This document shows positions 46,201-59,223 of a stretch of DNA of 59,223 bases, in pieces. A model generated the notes under the pieces. It did no database searches, was not told where the DNA came from, and saw nothing but the letters and a program-made list of their open reading frames with translations. Within the stretch, counting starts at the first letter, position 1. Each line of letters starts with the position of its first letter. This DNA is from Cyanophora paradoxa CCMP329 (Eukaryota > Plantae > Glaucophyta): NCBI GenBank assembly GCA_004431415.1, contig QPMI01000213.1, positions 1 through 59,223 on the forward strand. The letters are read 5' to 3'. The translations under genes were made by a program, and so were the position numbers.

Positions 46201-49200
46201 AAGAACCTAAGCCTTGAAGACCTTGTCTAAGATCTAATTATATAAGATCAATTCATCTAACATCTAAGATCAATTAATTTAAGATTCAGGAGGGGAGCGT
46301 CTCGCCTGGTGAAGTGCGATTGCGCCGGAGGACATGTACTGCTTGACGCCGCTCTTGAGCTGCGCGCGGACAGCCGAGTTGGAATCTCTCTCCGAACTCG
46401 AAGGATCCGGATATGCATTGCAATTAATTGTCCGCACGGCCTGGAAAGTGCAGGTGACGACCGAGCCCGTGAAGTAGAAGGGGCAGGCGGAGGGAGCGCC
46501 GCCGAGCAGGGCGGCGGAGGCGGCGCAGCCCGGGAGCTCGACGTCGAAGGGTGCCGGGGGGCAGCCGACCACCAGCGTCGAGTCCGATATCGAGTCCTGC
46601 AAGCAACTAATTAACTCCATAAGTCTTAAAGACTGCAAGATTTAAAAAGACCGGGCACCAGCACGATGGCCATGTGAATGCGGTCGGTCACGGCGCAGCC
46701 CGCGTACGAGTCGCGGCCGCTGCGCCGAAAATTGAGTGTCGAGACTTGAAATTAATCAGAGGAGTATATACTTACAGGGGGCAGAACAACAAGTCGACAG
46801 TGCCCGGGCCGGTCTCAGTGAACGGCGGTACCGTTATCGAGAGCGTGTACTCGGAGGATGCGACGGCGCCTGGAAATCAAACCAGTCATAATGTCGCAAT
46901 CAATACCAAATGTGTCACCAAGCTCATAATTGATCACAAGCTTGAGACTCACCGGTCCAGTTGGAGAAAGAGACGAGCGTCGGCGCCAACTTCCCGTACC
47001 CCAGGACGGAGGTCGTGATCGGGTCGATGGGCGCCGCGAGGCCCGTGACCGTGCGCCAGACCGTGACGTTGCACGTGAACGTCGACCCTCGGGGGACCTG
47101 CGCATGCCCCGGGCGGAGTCGGCGTCGTCGTCGATCGCGAACGAATTCGAAGTCGTCGACGAGAAGATTCCGCAAGTTTCGATTTCAAGTTGGAGTGTGG
47201 CGCACCAAGAATGTGCCGTTGACGGTGTTGTTCCCGCATTCCGCCCTCAACACGTAGGCGGGATCTACCACAGTCACACACGTGCAAGCCATCAGTACAC
47301 GCCAGCGCGTACGCGCGACATCTGAAGTCGGATCGAAGCAATCGATAAGAATTAGAAGGGGCACCGGTGAACGCCTGGCGGAGGTTGCCGCCCTTGGACG
47401 CATAGTTCTTGGAGAAGGCGCAGCCGACGGCGAAGCCGTCCCCCGCCGGGTCGAGGCCGCCCGCGTCCTCGAGGACGGAGAAGCGGAAGGCGTGCGCGCC
47501 CGCGTCCCCCGCCGCGCTCGCCAGCGTCGGCTGCGCGGGCGTCAGCGGAATGGAGGGAACGAAGTCTCGGTATAGCTAAATGATTTAAGAAGGCGTATTT
47601 TACAAGAGGATCAGTGCGATAAAGAAGAGCGTCGACGACTCGGCGACGATGGGATAAAGAAGGGCGTCGACGAGATTTCTTGAAATGAATACCTAAAGCT
47701 ATAGCTATAAATTAAATGAATAAGATTCGGACCTGGGAGACGCCGGCGCCCGTGGAGTTGGCGGTCAGGCGGCAGCTCGGGAAGGTATTCAGGGCGGCGT
47801 TGATTACGCGGGGGAAGACGACGCAGTGGAAGGAGAAGCCGGACAGGGCTGTCTCCGCCGTCAGGAGGCAGCTGACAACGGACGACTCGTCGGGGCCTGC
47901 ACGATCGCAACTCGTCATGGATGGATGGATAGGGGTGTATGAGAGGGGGAGGGGGAGGGTCTCGACGGTCCTCAGTGTTATCTAGTCGGAGAGATAAGTT
48001 GGGCGATGTGAAACTCCTAGTAGTTGTTGTTGTGTGCTAATGCAAATCGTTCCCAAGGGGAGGGGGAGGGCGTGCATACATGGGGAGGCAACGATGACCC
48101 GAGCGTTGGCGCCCCAGTTGAGGTACGGGACGGGGCCCTGGCCGCTGCCGCCGCCCCCGGAGACGAACACCCACGTGTCTTTGCGCGCGCGCGCGGGGGC
48201 CCGAAATCAAATCAGCGGCGCGCGTCGGCGGCGCATGCGCAGGCCTAGGGTTCATGATCAGGGGCTCGGGCCGACGGCGGCAATCACGATCGCGAAACTT
48301 GCCTTTGACCTGCGGCGTGTATAAACATATTTCAGAACGACGTATTTCTGCAGGCTATAAATAGCTAGGGCCGCGTGCGCGTGCCATGGTGCGCGAACCA
48401 CGAACTGTGTAGGGGCGACGTACGAGAACAGGTTGGCCGCCCCTACCGGCATGTTCACCTGAGCGCACGCGTACGCGCACGCGGCACGGATGGTCAGGAG
48501 GGACCCGCGCACGGCGCAAGCCGCGGCCGGGCCGGGCCCGCTCACAAGTCTCATCGCCTGGACCTCCCACACATTGGTCTGAACGACACCGCTCAGCGGT
48601 GAGCGCGCGGCGCGAGGCGGAGGCCCGGGGCCTAAATTTGAAAGGCGTTCTCTGTGCGTGGAGGGCGCTGGGAGGCGCACCTCCGTGTCATACATGTACA
48701 ACTCCGCCATCTGCGGCCGTGCCGTGATCATGACCGTGAGCCGCGCTGCAGGCATATAGCTAGCGATCCCAACAGAATATATGAAGATCAATGCGGCACG
48801 CGGCCGTGAATAATAGAATAATAGATCGAACTGGCCAGGAGCCGCGCTGCAGGCCTAGCGCTCCCAATAGAATAGATATGAAGGCCAATGCGCGCCTGGT
48901 GGTACAGCCCCGTGTAGCCCTGACCCCCGTACACTGCGCGACACATTCAACACACACAAGCGCACGTGCACGACAAATAAAAGAGCAGCATTGGCGCGCG
49001 CGCGCGCACTGTAGAATCTCGTCCCGTACGTGGCGTAGAAGGCGCCGGAGCGGCCAAAGGGGACGTTGCCCGTGCCGACAACGACGGAGTACACGAACGT
49101 GTCTGTCGCGATTGTGAGCGGCTACGCTTGAATATGTAACATTCAGTATAAACATCCGATCTGTTGCTGCGTCACCGCGCAGGCGCATGCGCATGCGCAC

Positions 49201-51759
49201 CCATGTTCAGCTTGCCGAGGGTCCAGTCGAGCACGGGCCCGGCCGGCCCGTTCGCGACCCAAAGGTTCGCGACGCCTCCGTACGTCCTGCCCCATCGCGA
49301 CAGAACATTAGCGGGCCGGGACGGCGTGCAAGGCGGGCGGCTATAAATAGCTAGGCCTAGGCCTAGGCCGCTTCGCCTGAGGCTGCGCGCGCGCGCCATA
49401 TGTTGCGGCCGACGATGGCGCCCGGGGAGGCGTAGGCGGCCGGCATCGGCGTGCCGAGCACCGCCTGCGTCCAGAGGGCGCCGGTCTCGACGTCGAAGAC
49501 GGAGACGCTGCTGGCGAGGGCGGCGGCGCCGGCGGCGCCGTTGAGGTTCCAGCCGCCTGCGCGCGGGACCGGACCGGACGTCGACGTGGGGCGACGACGG
49601 CGTCTTAAAGCATCGTTTCTATGAAAACTTTCATAGAGAATCGATTTTATTGATTCCGACTGGCGCGGACGGATCGAATCGCGATTGAAGTCGACGCCCG
49701 AGTCGGGCGCAGGCAGACGGGCCCCGCGGAAGCTGAAGATCGATATATATAGCTAGATCTAGAGCCGCGCGCTGAAGACACGGCGTCTGCGCGGCGCGCA
49801 CCGACGACGAGAATGTATCGGTCGTCCTTGACGAAGGCGTTTGCGTCGTAGCGCACCTGCTCGGGATCGAGCTTTGACGTTAACGTTGAAATTTGTGCGA
49901 TATCTAGATCTAGGGCCTGAGGGCCCGGCGCGGGCGACGGCCAAGCTAGATTTAATTAAGTGATCATGATCATGATCCAAAGCTCGCAGCGCAACGACGT
50001 TTGGATGTCTTCTTGCGAGGTCACTGGATCATAGGCTGGATTATGTCCTCTTATATTTACGAGTTATATACTGTATACAACGCACGGGGGTGGAGCCCGA
50101 GGTAGGCACCGTCGTCCACTGGTTCGTCGCGGGGTCATACCTGCGCGCGCGTGCACACAAACGCTCAGGGACAGATGCAGGTGCACGCAGGCTCCATATA
50201 TGTGTGCGTGCGGTAGGGAGCCACAGCCGTGCACCGGTACACAGAGGCTAATGCCCCGGGAACGGCCGGGCCGCTGCGCATGCGTCCGATCCAGGGGGAG
50301 TCAGCTGCAGTATTCGGGGAGCGATAGCGGCAAGTCTAAATTCTAGTTTACAAGTACACGTACACGCACGTACCCGAATGTATAGTACTTGCCGCGGACA
50401 ACGGCTCCCGGGATGTTTTGCGCGGTGAGCATGCCCGGCAGCTTTTGTGCAGGCGGGTTCGCCGTGACCCGCACCGTGCCCTCGGACCAGGGGGACGCCG
50501 GGACGGCTGCGGATCCCGGATCGGACCGGGGCGGGGCGGGGCGGGGCGGGGCACGAAATTCAGCGGACGCGATCCGACGGGCGCGCGGCTCAAGCTATAT
50601 AGCTAATTAATAGCTAAGCTTAACACGCGATCGCGGCCTAAATTTAAGCTAGTATAATGTAAGCTTAGTTCGCGATCGATTTTTCGGGCGCAGAGCTGTG
50701 ATTTAGATTTTCGATATCGAATCCGGAAGCGCACTGAAATTAATCGACACGAAGAAAGGGCTCGGCCTGCCCGAATACAGTGAGGTGAGTCAGTTCGTCA
50801 AAGGCAGCAAAGCCTTCGGGGAGGGTGGGGTGGGGGTGGGGGGGGGAGAGGGGGGGCTGAGGGGGGGGAGAAGAGGGGGAGGGGGACAAACACACCCGAC
50901 GTAGGCGACGTCGCCGATGGCGCCGCCCGTGATCCGATCCGCCAGCGGGGGCGTCACGCCCGTGTTGGGGACGTTCACGACGAACAGCGTGTTGGTGCAG
51001 GCTGAGGCGCCGGCGGTGGCCTTCAGCGCGCGCCGGCCTTCAGCGCGCTGCGGAGCCTGTGCCTGGCCATGGCCTTGGCCTTGGCCGTGGGCGGTAGCGG
51101 TGGGCCGCGCCGCGGCGACTGCAGCTGGGGCTGCGGCTGCGGCTGCGGCTGCGGGCTGCGGATGCGGCTGGCCGCGGGCGGCCGCGGTGTCGGGGCCGAA
51201 TTCGAGCTCTCCTCCGGACCCGGACCCGGATTTCGATTCGGGATCCGAATTCGAAGTCGGATCTCGAGGCCTAGGGGGGCCGATCCCTTCGGATCCGGGC
51301 TCCGGATCCGGATTCGAATGCACATCGCCGACGGGATCCGCCGCTGCGCATGCGGCGCGACGGGTCAGATAACGAGGGGCGGCGAACTGCCCTAGGGCCT
51401 GGCAGTGGGTGGCACTTCTACTGCGGCGTGCGCAGGGCTGGGTGGCTATATAGCTAGGCTCTAGATCTGATCAGAAGGGGCTGCCCGCACGCGGGGCGCG
51501 TCACAACGACCGGTACCGTCGGACGATATCGTGATGGCTCACCTGTCGAAACCGCCCAATCGCACAGGATACAGACAGCGAGCGCGAAGCTCAGCAGCCG
51601 CGGCTGCGGCTGAAGCTGCGGGCGCGGCGCGTGCGCGCGTGCGCGTGTCTGCCGCTTCCGTCGGCAGGCGCCACCATCAGCTGCAGATCTTGACGCGGCA
51701 CGCGCGCCGGCGCCGATGAGCCCTGGAGCTGCAGCTGGATCCGCACTGACCGCAATCAT
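37271..51759 (-). CDS. Very large spliced host gene (possibly more than one): kelch-like repeats, Ig-like repeats, IPT/TIG domain and a multi-pass TRP/Flc(Pkd2)-like membrane region
   Basis: Exon peptides YDPATNQWTT (~50110-50140), AGGWN...SVSVFDVETG.LW, IASVTP...RGGAAVTV (~43060-43130), LHLLALALLRRLKRSAPSMLSFPAIE, GYSALFEEY, VLVLLRPFINRWCN. All lie on the minus strand with GT/GC-AG borders. Confidence 0.55.
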
Positions 51760-52723
51760 TGCATCGTTGGCTTTAGCTACAGCCAGCGGAAGTGCCCATG
51801 GCCAGGGATCCGGACCAACGCTCCCGTGTCAAACGTCCGCTCCGGCGTGGCATGGGCGCTGCTCCTGCCACGCCCTAGACCTATATAGCTAGGCTGCATA
51901 TGCATCTGTCCTGGGCCGGCCGCGCCGCGGTGCGCCGCGCGCGGCGCGAGACTCCGAGGCTCGGAAGCGTGCGGCGAAGGCGCGCGCGCGCTCATCCAGG
52001 ACCCAGAGCGATCCGAAAGCAGAGGAGGCAACTGCTGGACGCTTCGCTAATGCAGCCGGCGACGGCTAACCGACGCGGCGCAGATCTAGACCCGACGGGC
52101 GGCGCCGGCGACGGCCATATGCATCCGCGTGCGACCCCCACGAGCCGCGCTGAGCCCTATGAATTCGAACTCTCTTCGCTAGCCTGCAGGCTGCAGCTGC
52201 TGATGCTTGCGCAGCTGCGGACTCTGCGCATGGATGTCGATCCAGCTGGGAGTTATGGGGAAAAAAGCATGTGACGCACGTACCCTGGCCCCATTGAGGA
52301 ACTTTTAAACACTTGTACCCCAGCTGCCGGGAAAAGTTCGAATTCGAATTCGAATTTCGAATTCGATAAGCGGCGCCCGCGGCGCGGCCGCGGGCGGGCG
52401 CTGGCGGCCCCGCGGCGGGCCCGCGCCAGCCGCAGCCCGTGGGCGCTAGCTACCTGGCTTAGACATCTCCACGCCGTGCCGCAGACTCCCGCAAATGCAT
52501 ACATTGCATAGAGGTCCGCTTAGGGGAACGGATAAACAAAACACGCCCGGCTCGGCCCCGCTCATTGAGATAGATAAAATTGAACCCCAATTAATGCTCT
52601 GGACGAGGGGGGGCCACTGGTATATGCGCATGCAGATGGGTTTCGAGCCTGACCCTACGTATACGGAATATATTGCAACGGAATATAATGCGCCATACGT
52701 ATACAATTGCAACGGCCAGCCCC

Positions 52724-55700
52724 TCACGCGTTCCCGCCGCCGCCGCCGATCTCCGCATCGTCGACCTGCTGGCCGGCCCGCAGCTGCGCGATGATCTTCT
52801 TGAGACCTGCAGATCGGAACGGGCCGCGCGGGTCAGCCGATCGATATCGCGACCCGCGCGCGCTCGGGTAGCTTAATTATAATTAGCGGGAATCTAAAGA
52901 CCGAAACGAAAGGGGCCGGGGAGAGCGCACGGTTGACTTCGGCGGATTCGGCGTTCTTGGACGCGTTGTTCGTGATCAGCTTGACTCGGGACGCGTACCT
53001 GCGATCAAAAGATTCGAGTTCGAACCGGCCGTCAGTGCTCCGGGGGGTACGTAGATAAACCGCGCCGATCTAAAAATAGCTTTTTCGGGCGTACACGAGG
53101 GCCGTCTGCGTCTCGTCGACGTTGTAGTCGGCGGGCGAGATGTTCACGAACATGAGCGTTTTCGCGTTGCCACCTGGAGGGGCGCGGGCGGGCGGGCGTC
53201 GGCGTGAGCTTGTAGATTTAATCGAGAGAGCTAGAACTGCCGCGGACCGAGCGAGTCGGACATGAGCATGGTGAGCTTGTGGTTGCGGTACGGGATGAAC
53301 TGCTCGTTGTTGGAGAGGGCCTGCGCGCGCGTACCCCCGCGGGTCAACGAGGGTCGCCCAACGCAGCGCGACGCGCGCGCATCGGCGTTCAACTAAACGA
53401 AACGATGCGATTATTATTATTTATGCTCGATTCGCTTTAAGTTACTAGCCCCGAGTTCTCCAAGTCGAAGTCCTAAAAGTTCAAGCTACAGCTGGTTATG
53501 AAGTTAGCGGGCGGGGCGCACGGAGATGACGTCTCCGAGGGCGGAGAGGGACTTGTTGATGGACTGGGCCTCCTTGAGGCGCTCGGCGGTGGCGCCCGTC
53601 TTGCCGACGCGCTCCGAGCCGGCGAGGTCCACCAGGCTCAGCTTCCCCGCCGTCACCGCCCCCGTCTGCGCGCGGCTCGGGTGAGCAACGCGGCGGAGAC
53701 GCGCAGCGGATCCGGGGCCGGAGCCGGAGCCGGGGCCGGAGCCGGAGGCGGGCGGGGGGGCGGGGCAGGCGGGCAGCGGAGCCGGAGGCGGGCGACCCCT
53801 CTAGCCAGCCGGCCAGCTCAAGCCAGCCTCTAGCCTCTAGCCGGCCTCGAGCTCGCCCTCTGGCCGCCGGCCTTGACCTGCTTGTTGACCAGCCAGCTGG
53901 AGCCAGCCTCTAGCCTCTAGCCGGCCTTAAGCAGGCGCGGCCGCGGACCTGCTTATAGCTTATAGCTTATGGCTTCTTAGGTATAATTATAATAGGCGAG
54001 AAAGGCGTCTTTATATAGCTTCTGCGTTCCCATGGGCCTTGAGCAGGCGCGGCCGCGGACCTGCTTGTTGACGGTCTCGATGATGATGGAGAAGATGAGG
54101 TGGGACCGCGAGCTCTCCGCGTTCATCTCTGCGCGCCATCGCGATCAGCGGAGCGGTGCGGCGAGGCGCTGTTTTGCGCCCGGGCGGCCGCGCGCGCGCG
54201 CGCACTCGTCGCCCCCGTGTGGCGTGAGGCCGTTCCCCTGCGAAGCCGTCAACATGGGTTCTGGCGGGGCCGGGCGGGGCCGGTCCAGACCGCGTCCCCT
54301 CCCCTCCCGTCCCGCCCCGCCCCGTCCCGTCCCGTCCCTTCACGTCCCGCCCCGTTCACGTTCACGTTCTCCCTCGGTCCCGTCCCTTCCCCCCCCCTTT
54401 CCCTCCCCGTTCCCCGCCTCCGCCCCTCCTAGGAGCCCGAAGGCGCGCACGTACCTCGCGAGGTGCCCCTCGAGCTCCTCCTTGGAGGTGGCCGGGAGGA
54501 TGACGGCGCCCTGCACGTACACCATCCCCTTCGCGTCCTGCGCGGCCTCCCGGTCAAGCTTAAGTTGACTCTCGACGGTTATAATTAATAATTATAGACG
54601 GCTCGGAAGCTTGAGTTAACAGATAGGCCTCCACGTAATATTGTAATTAGAGGGCTCGGAAGCTTGAGCCGGCTCGGTTGGCAGCCGCTAATCTAAACGC
54701 GCGCTATTTTACGACCGTGAGGCTAAATGAGCTAGCGAGGCTTTACCTAACCAATGAGTTCTTTTGGAGCTTTATGTAACTAATGAGCCCTAGATCCTTT
54801 GGACTGTTGCTTTAAGCGGAACTAGTACTCGCCTTCTTGATGTCGAGGGGCACTTGCTTCTTGGGGTCTCCGAGCAGGTCCACGAGGCCGTCCAGGTACA
54901 GCTCCATCATGTAGCACGAGATCTGCAAAGGTGAAAGAAGCTAAGGACGCTGATCTACATTGGTGAATTATGTATGGTAGGAACTTCTAGAAGAAACCTT
55001 GAACTCCATCTTGTTGGCGTCGCGCTGGACGGTGTTGAAGAGGGTCGTCATGGCGCGGGGCGTGATCCCGGGGTAGTCGGGCGTTCCCTGCGCGCGGCGG
55101 GCGCAGGCGCCGGCTCGTCGGGCGAGCGGGAGTGGTGCGGGGCGGGGCGAGGTGGGGCGGGGCGGGGCAAGGCAAAGCGGGGCGGGGCGGGGCGGGGCGG
55201 GGCGGGGCGAGGCGGGGCGGGGGCCGGATAATAGCTATAGCCCGCTCCAGCTTTAGATCTTCTTCGGTCTAGATCTTCGGAGGGGCGGCCCCGGCCCCGG
55301 CCCCGGCCCATATGACCACGAGCAGCCCGTCCACTCTCGAGCCACTCTCTCAGATAATAAATGTTTGGTCTAGATCCCCGGATGGGGCGGCATGCGCAGG
55401 CGGCCCCGCCCGCGGTTTTGCTCGAGATCGCTCGCCCGCGCACCGCCATGGTGAAGGTCCCCAGCGCCCCGGCACCGGCCCCGGCTCATCCTAGGTCTAG
55501 CCCCGCCTGGCTCTGCCCCGCCCGCGGTTTTGCTGGCGCACCGCCATAGGCGCACCCCGCCTGCGATCACCCGCGGTCTAGGATAGCCCGGTCTAGCTCG
55601 ATATCTTCGGTCTAGCCCCGCCTGGCTCTGCCCCGCCCGCGGTTTCGCTCGCGATCGCTCGCGCACCGCCATGGTGAAGGTCTTGCCGGAGCCGGTCTGC

Positions 55701-57833
55701 CCGTACGCGAAGATGCACACGTTGAAGCCGTCGATGGCGGACTGCGCGCGGGGCGCGGCGGGGGCGGGGCGGGGCAGGGCGACGCGTCAGGTTGGGGCGG
55801 GCCTAACGCGGGGTGCGGGGTGGCCTAGGCTGCCGGGCCGGGGCGGGGTGGGGCGCTGGAGGGCCGGGGCGAGCCTGGATCATGCTCTAGAATGCGTCCT
55901 ATTCTTTTTGGTGATGGCCGGAGTGGCTTTCTTATAAGAATTTGTGGCTTTTTTATAGAAGAGGGCGGGCTGGGGCGCGGGGGGGCCGGGGCGCGCCTGG
56001 ATCAGGCTCTCCGTGTCCTCGAAGACCTCCTCCTGCTTCGAGTCCGGCGGGAAGACCGAGTCGTACTGCGCGGGGCGGCGCGGGGCGCGAGCCGGATCAG
56101 ACCCTTGCTTAATCACCGAAAAGAACCGCGGTCGGTCGAAACTGAAAGCTCAAGCTAAAGCTCAAGCTAATACATAAGCTAGATTAAGCGCAAGCTTATG
56201 TAACGCAGAAACAAGCAAGAAGAGGAAAGGACCTGGAAGTCCCTGTAGCCGCCGTTCTTCTGGGCGACCTGCACCGTGAACATGTCCGGGAAGTTGACCG
56301 ACTGCTTGCACCTGGTACCCGGCGCCGAAGCCGCCCCCCGTCAGCTGGGCGGGGCGGGGCGGACGGGGCTAGCCGGCTGGGAAGGAGCGGGCGAGGCGGG
56401 TACGACTAGCCCGCCAGGCGCGCTGTCTAGCGAGGGGCGGGGGCGGAGGGCGGAGCGGAGCGGCCATACGGAAAGACGGTCGAGCTAATCGGTCTAGCCA
56501 GCCAGGAAGGGGCGGGGGGCGTACCCCTTCTCGAGCTCGTACTTGGCCATCGGGCGGCAGCGAGCGTACACGCGGATCTTCCCCTTCAGGTCCTCCAGCA
56601 TGTTGAAGTACCTGGAGGGGGGGAAGGGTACGGGTGGGGGTGGGGGGTGGGGGGGGGCATCCGTCAGCTTTGTCGGTCCCGGAGGGCGGGGGCGAGGGCC
56701 CAGAGGCGCGCGCTAGATAGGGCCCTAGAGAGCCTAGTTCCCCCCGTTCCTAGATCCTAGATCGCCTAGATCATAGTTCCTAGACGGCTTCGAGGCTAGA
56801 TCCTAGAGGGTTTCTCGAGGGCGTAGTAGCTTCTATCCCCTCACCACCGCCTAGACCACAACACAACCCCTCGGCCCTGTCCCTCCCTCATCCCCGAGGG
56901 ACCCTTCCGAAGGGAGGCAGGGATGGGGGGGGGGGGAAGGGGGGGGTAGGGGCTTCCGCGCACTTCTTGCGGAGGATCTGCTCCTCCTTGTACTTCTGGA
57001 CGAGCTCCCGCGTGTCGTTCTCCAGCTTCCGCATCGCCTTCACCGCCTCGTCCTTCTCGGCGACCGCCGCCTTCATCTCCTGCGAGGCGAGAGGGGCGGG
57101 GCGGGGGCGGGGTGAGCTACGGCTCCGGGCCAGGGCCCGGCGGATGGCGCGGGAAAGAAAGAGAAGAGAAGCGGGAAGGCCCCAGGGCGGCGCCCTTCGG
57201 GACGCTTGCGTCTGCGTCCGGGCCTGGGCCTGGAAGCAGGGCGGCGGCTAGGCCAGACTGGAGGCCCCTCTAGCCCTATCTCCTCTAGCTGGCTGGCCCC
57301 TCCGGGAGAAAGGGGCGGGGCCGAGCAAGCGCGAGCGCGCAGCGCACCGCGTCCTTTAATTGTTGATATTAAAATGTTGTTCGAAACGGGATTATGTATA
57401 AAAGTAGTGGTTTATAGATAATTCCGTGTTTAAAATGAATATTGACTGAAAAGTTAAGACGGTGGCCATAGTGGCACCTAATAAAAAAAGACTTCCTCCA
57501 GAATAGATTGTGAAAAATGTAGGAGAATATAGTATGTATGTTATTTAAATATAGCAGGGCGCACGGCGTCCTTCTCCTTGAGCTCCTGCGCCGCGCGGGC
57601 CGCCCCCGCCGCCGTCTTCTTCAGCTGCTCCAGCTCCTGCGGGGGTGGCGGGGCGGGGCGGGGGGCGGCGATCAGATGGACAAATTGGTAGATAGATGGA
57701 TAGATAGAGAGAGCCGGGCGGAGGGGGAATAGATAGATGGATAGTGCCTTGGTGGCGGCGGCGAGCGGGGGGGAGGGGGGGGGGGGGGGGGGGGGGCGAC
57801 GATCAGATGGACGGATAGAGGAGGCGGGCGGGG

Positions 57834-57867
<34 letters not shown>

Positions 57868-59106
57868 GCCTTGGTGGTGGCGGCGAGCGTGTGCGTCATC
57901 TCGTCCAGCTTCGCCTTGAGCGCCTTGATCTGCTTCTCCTGCGCCGCGATCTGCGGGGGGGGGGGGGGGGGGAGAAAGTCAAAAGGGAGGAGGGGAGGGG
58001 GGGAGGGGGGGTACCTGCTCGTCCTTCTTCTTCATGCGCTTCTTCTCCTCCGCCTCCCACTTCTGCTTGGCCTTCTCCAGGTCCTGAGGGCGCGCGCGCG
58101 TAAGAACGCAGAAGGTGCCGAGGGCCCGCGCTGGCTCGCTCGCTCGCTCGCCTGCCCGCTCGCGCCGCCGCCGCCGCTCATGCTGAAGCCGCCGCCGCGC
58201 CCCCCTCCGCCGCCCGACTCCACTTGCTGCGCGGTGGGGGGAAGGCGAGGATCAGGGGAATCGGGAGGGGTACGGGAAGCCGAAGTTGAAAGGGGGACGG
58301 GCGAACGGACCTGCTTCAACCTCGCAATCTCGCGCTCGAGCTCGCGGACCTTCTTCAAGTCCACCTGCGGGCGCCTCGTCGTCGGACGGGTACGGGAAAT
58401 CCGCAACAAGAGGGGTACAGCCAAAGCGGACCTTGCCGCCGAGGACGGGAACGGGCACTGGCACGGGCGCCGCCGCTGCCTTGGGCTTCTTCTTCTTCTC
58501 CCCCCCTTCCTCCTCGCCTTCCGCCTTCTCCCCCCCCCTCCTCCTCCTCCTCCTCCTCGGCCCCCTCCTCGCCCTCCCCCTCGGCCCCCTCCTCGCCCTC
58601 CTTGGGCTTGACGGGCGCGGGGACGGGTACGATGCCGGCGCCCTTGAGCTGCTCCTCGAGCTGCGCCACCCGGTGCTCCAGCTCCTGCGAACGAGGTCAG
58701 GTGAGCGGGCCGCCGCCTTCTCGGTTAGCTAGGCAGTCAGTTAGTCGGCTAGGCCCCTGCCCACTAAAGTCAGTTGGGCAGTTAACCGAGCCCTATTCCC
58801 CATTCCATCCCCCCCTCACTATCTCCATCCACGCACGAGGGAAAAGCAAGAAGCTAGCCTCTACCCTGCCCCCTCCTCCCCCCCCCCCCCCCCCCCCCCC
58901 CCCCCGCCCCCTCTGCGCGCACGTGGAGCTGGGAAGCTAGCCTCTACCCTGCCCCCCTCACTCCCCTTCTCCCCCCCTCCCACCCCTACCCCCCGGGGCG
59001 CGCACGTGGAGCTGGGCCTCGCGGGCGTCGAGGAGCTTCTCGAGCTCGACGGTCGCGTCCTCCCCCGCGATCGCCTTCGCGATCCGCGGGTTCACCGCCG
59101 CCTTCC
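52724..59106 (-). CDS. Spliced host gene: C-terminal-motor kinesin-14, KCBP-like (5' part outside the window)
   Basis: Coiled coil, then [108 protein letters not shown]; stop at 52724. Confidence 0.93.
57835..57864. repeat. (ATAG)n microsatellite in a kinesin intron
   Basis: atagatagatagatagatagatagatagat. Confidence 0.9.
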
Positions 59107-59223
59107 TGCGGGGGGCCTCAGTTTCTATATAATCCTGTGGTTACTTCTGCTGCTTTCTCTGTCTAATTTCGTGTGTTTTATCTCCCTTAGATAATCAGGA
59201 GTGTTATAATCAGGCGCGGTTTA

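Overview
Eukaryotic, GC-rich, intron-dense genomic window (protist or alga; species not identifiable from the sequence alone) with three layers. (1) 1-18330: an unusually large (~18.3 kb), apparently young Ty3/Gypsy LTR retrotransposon. Its LTRs are nearly identical, and its polyprotein (broken here by many homopolymer indels) carries ~9.4 kb of unexplained coding sequence, including RGG and RS domains, between the Gag zinc knuckle and the protease. (2) 18331-~25980: an AT-rich, intronless endogenous double-jelly-roll DNA virus (Polinton-like/virophage-like). It encodes an A32 packaging ATPase, a major capsid protein with NCLDV-like motifs and two head-to-head penton paralogues. A ~2 kb mostly non-coding arm follows, with inverted 9-mer iteron cassettes and a strand-specific hairpin built from tandem G.A pairs and a GCGAAGC loop. 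The retrotransposon appears to have inserted into a viral gene, and the rest of the virus probably lies left of the window. (3) ~26000-59223: spliced host genes, namely a CHFR-like RING protein, a GT54-like glycosyltransferase, a type I membrane protein, a giant kelch/Ig/IPT/multi-pass membrane protein and a KCBP-like kinesin-14. Their introns show frequent GC donors and repeated 'echo' copies of the upstream exon-donor junction. All protein calls come from motif recognition by eye; no database search was run.
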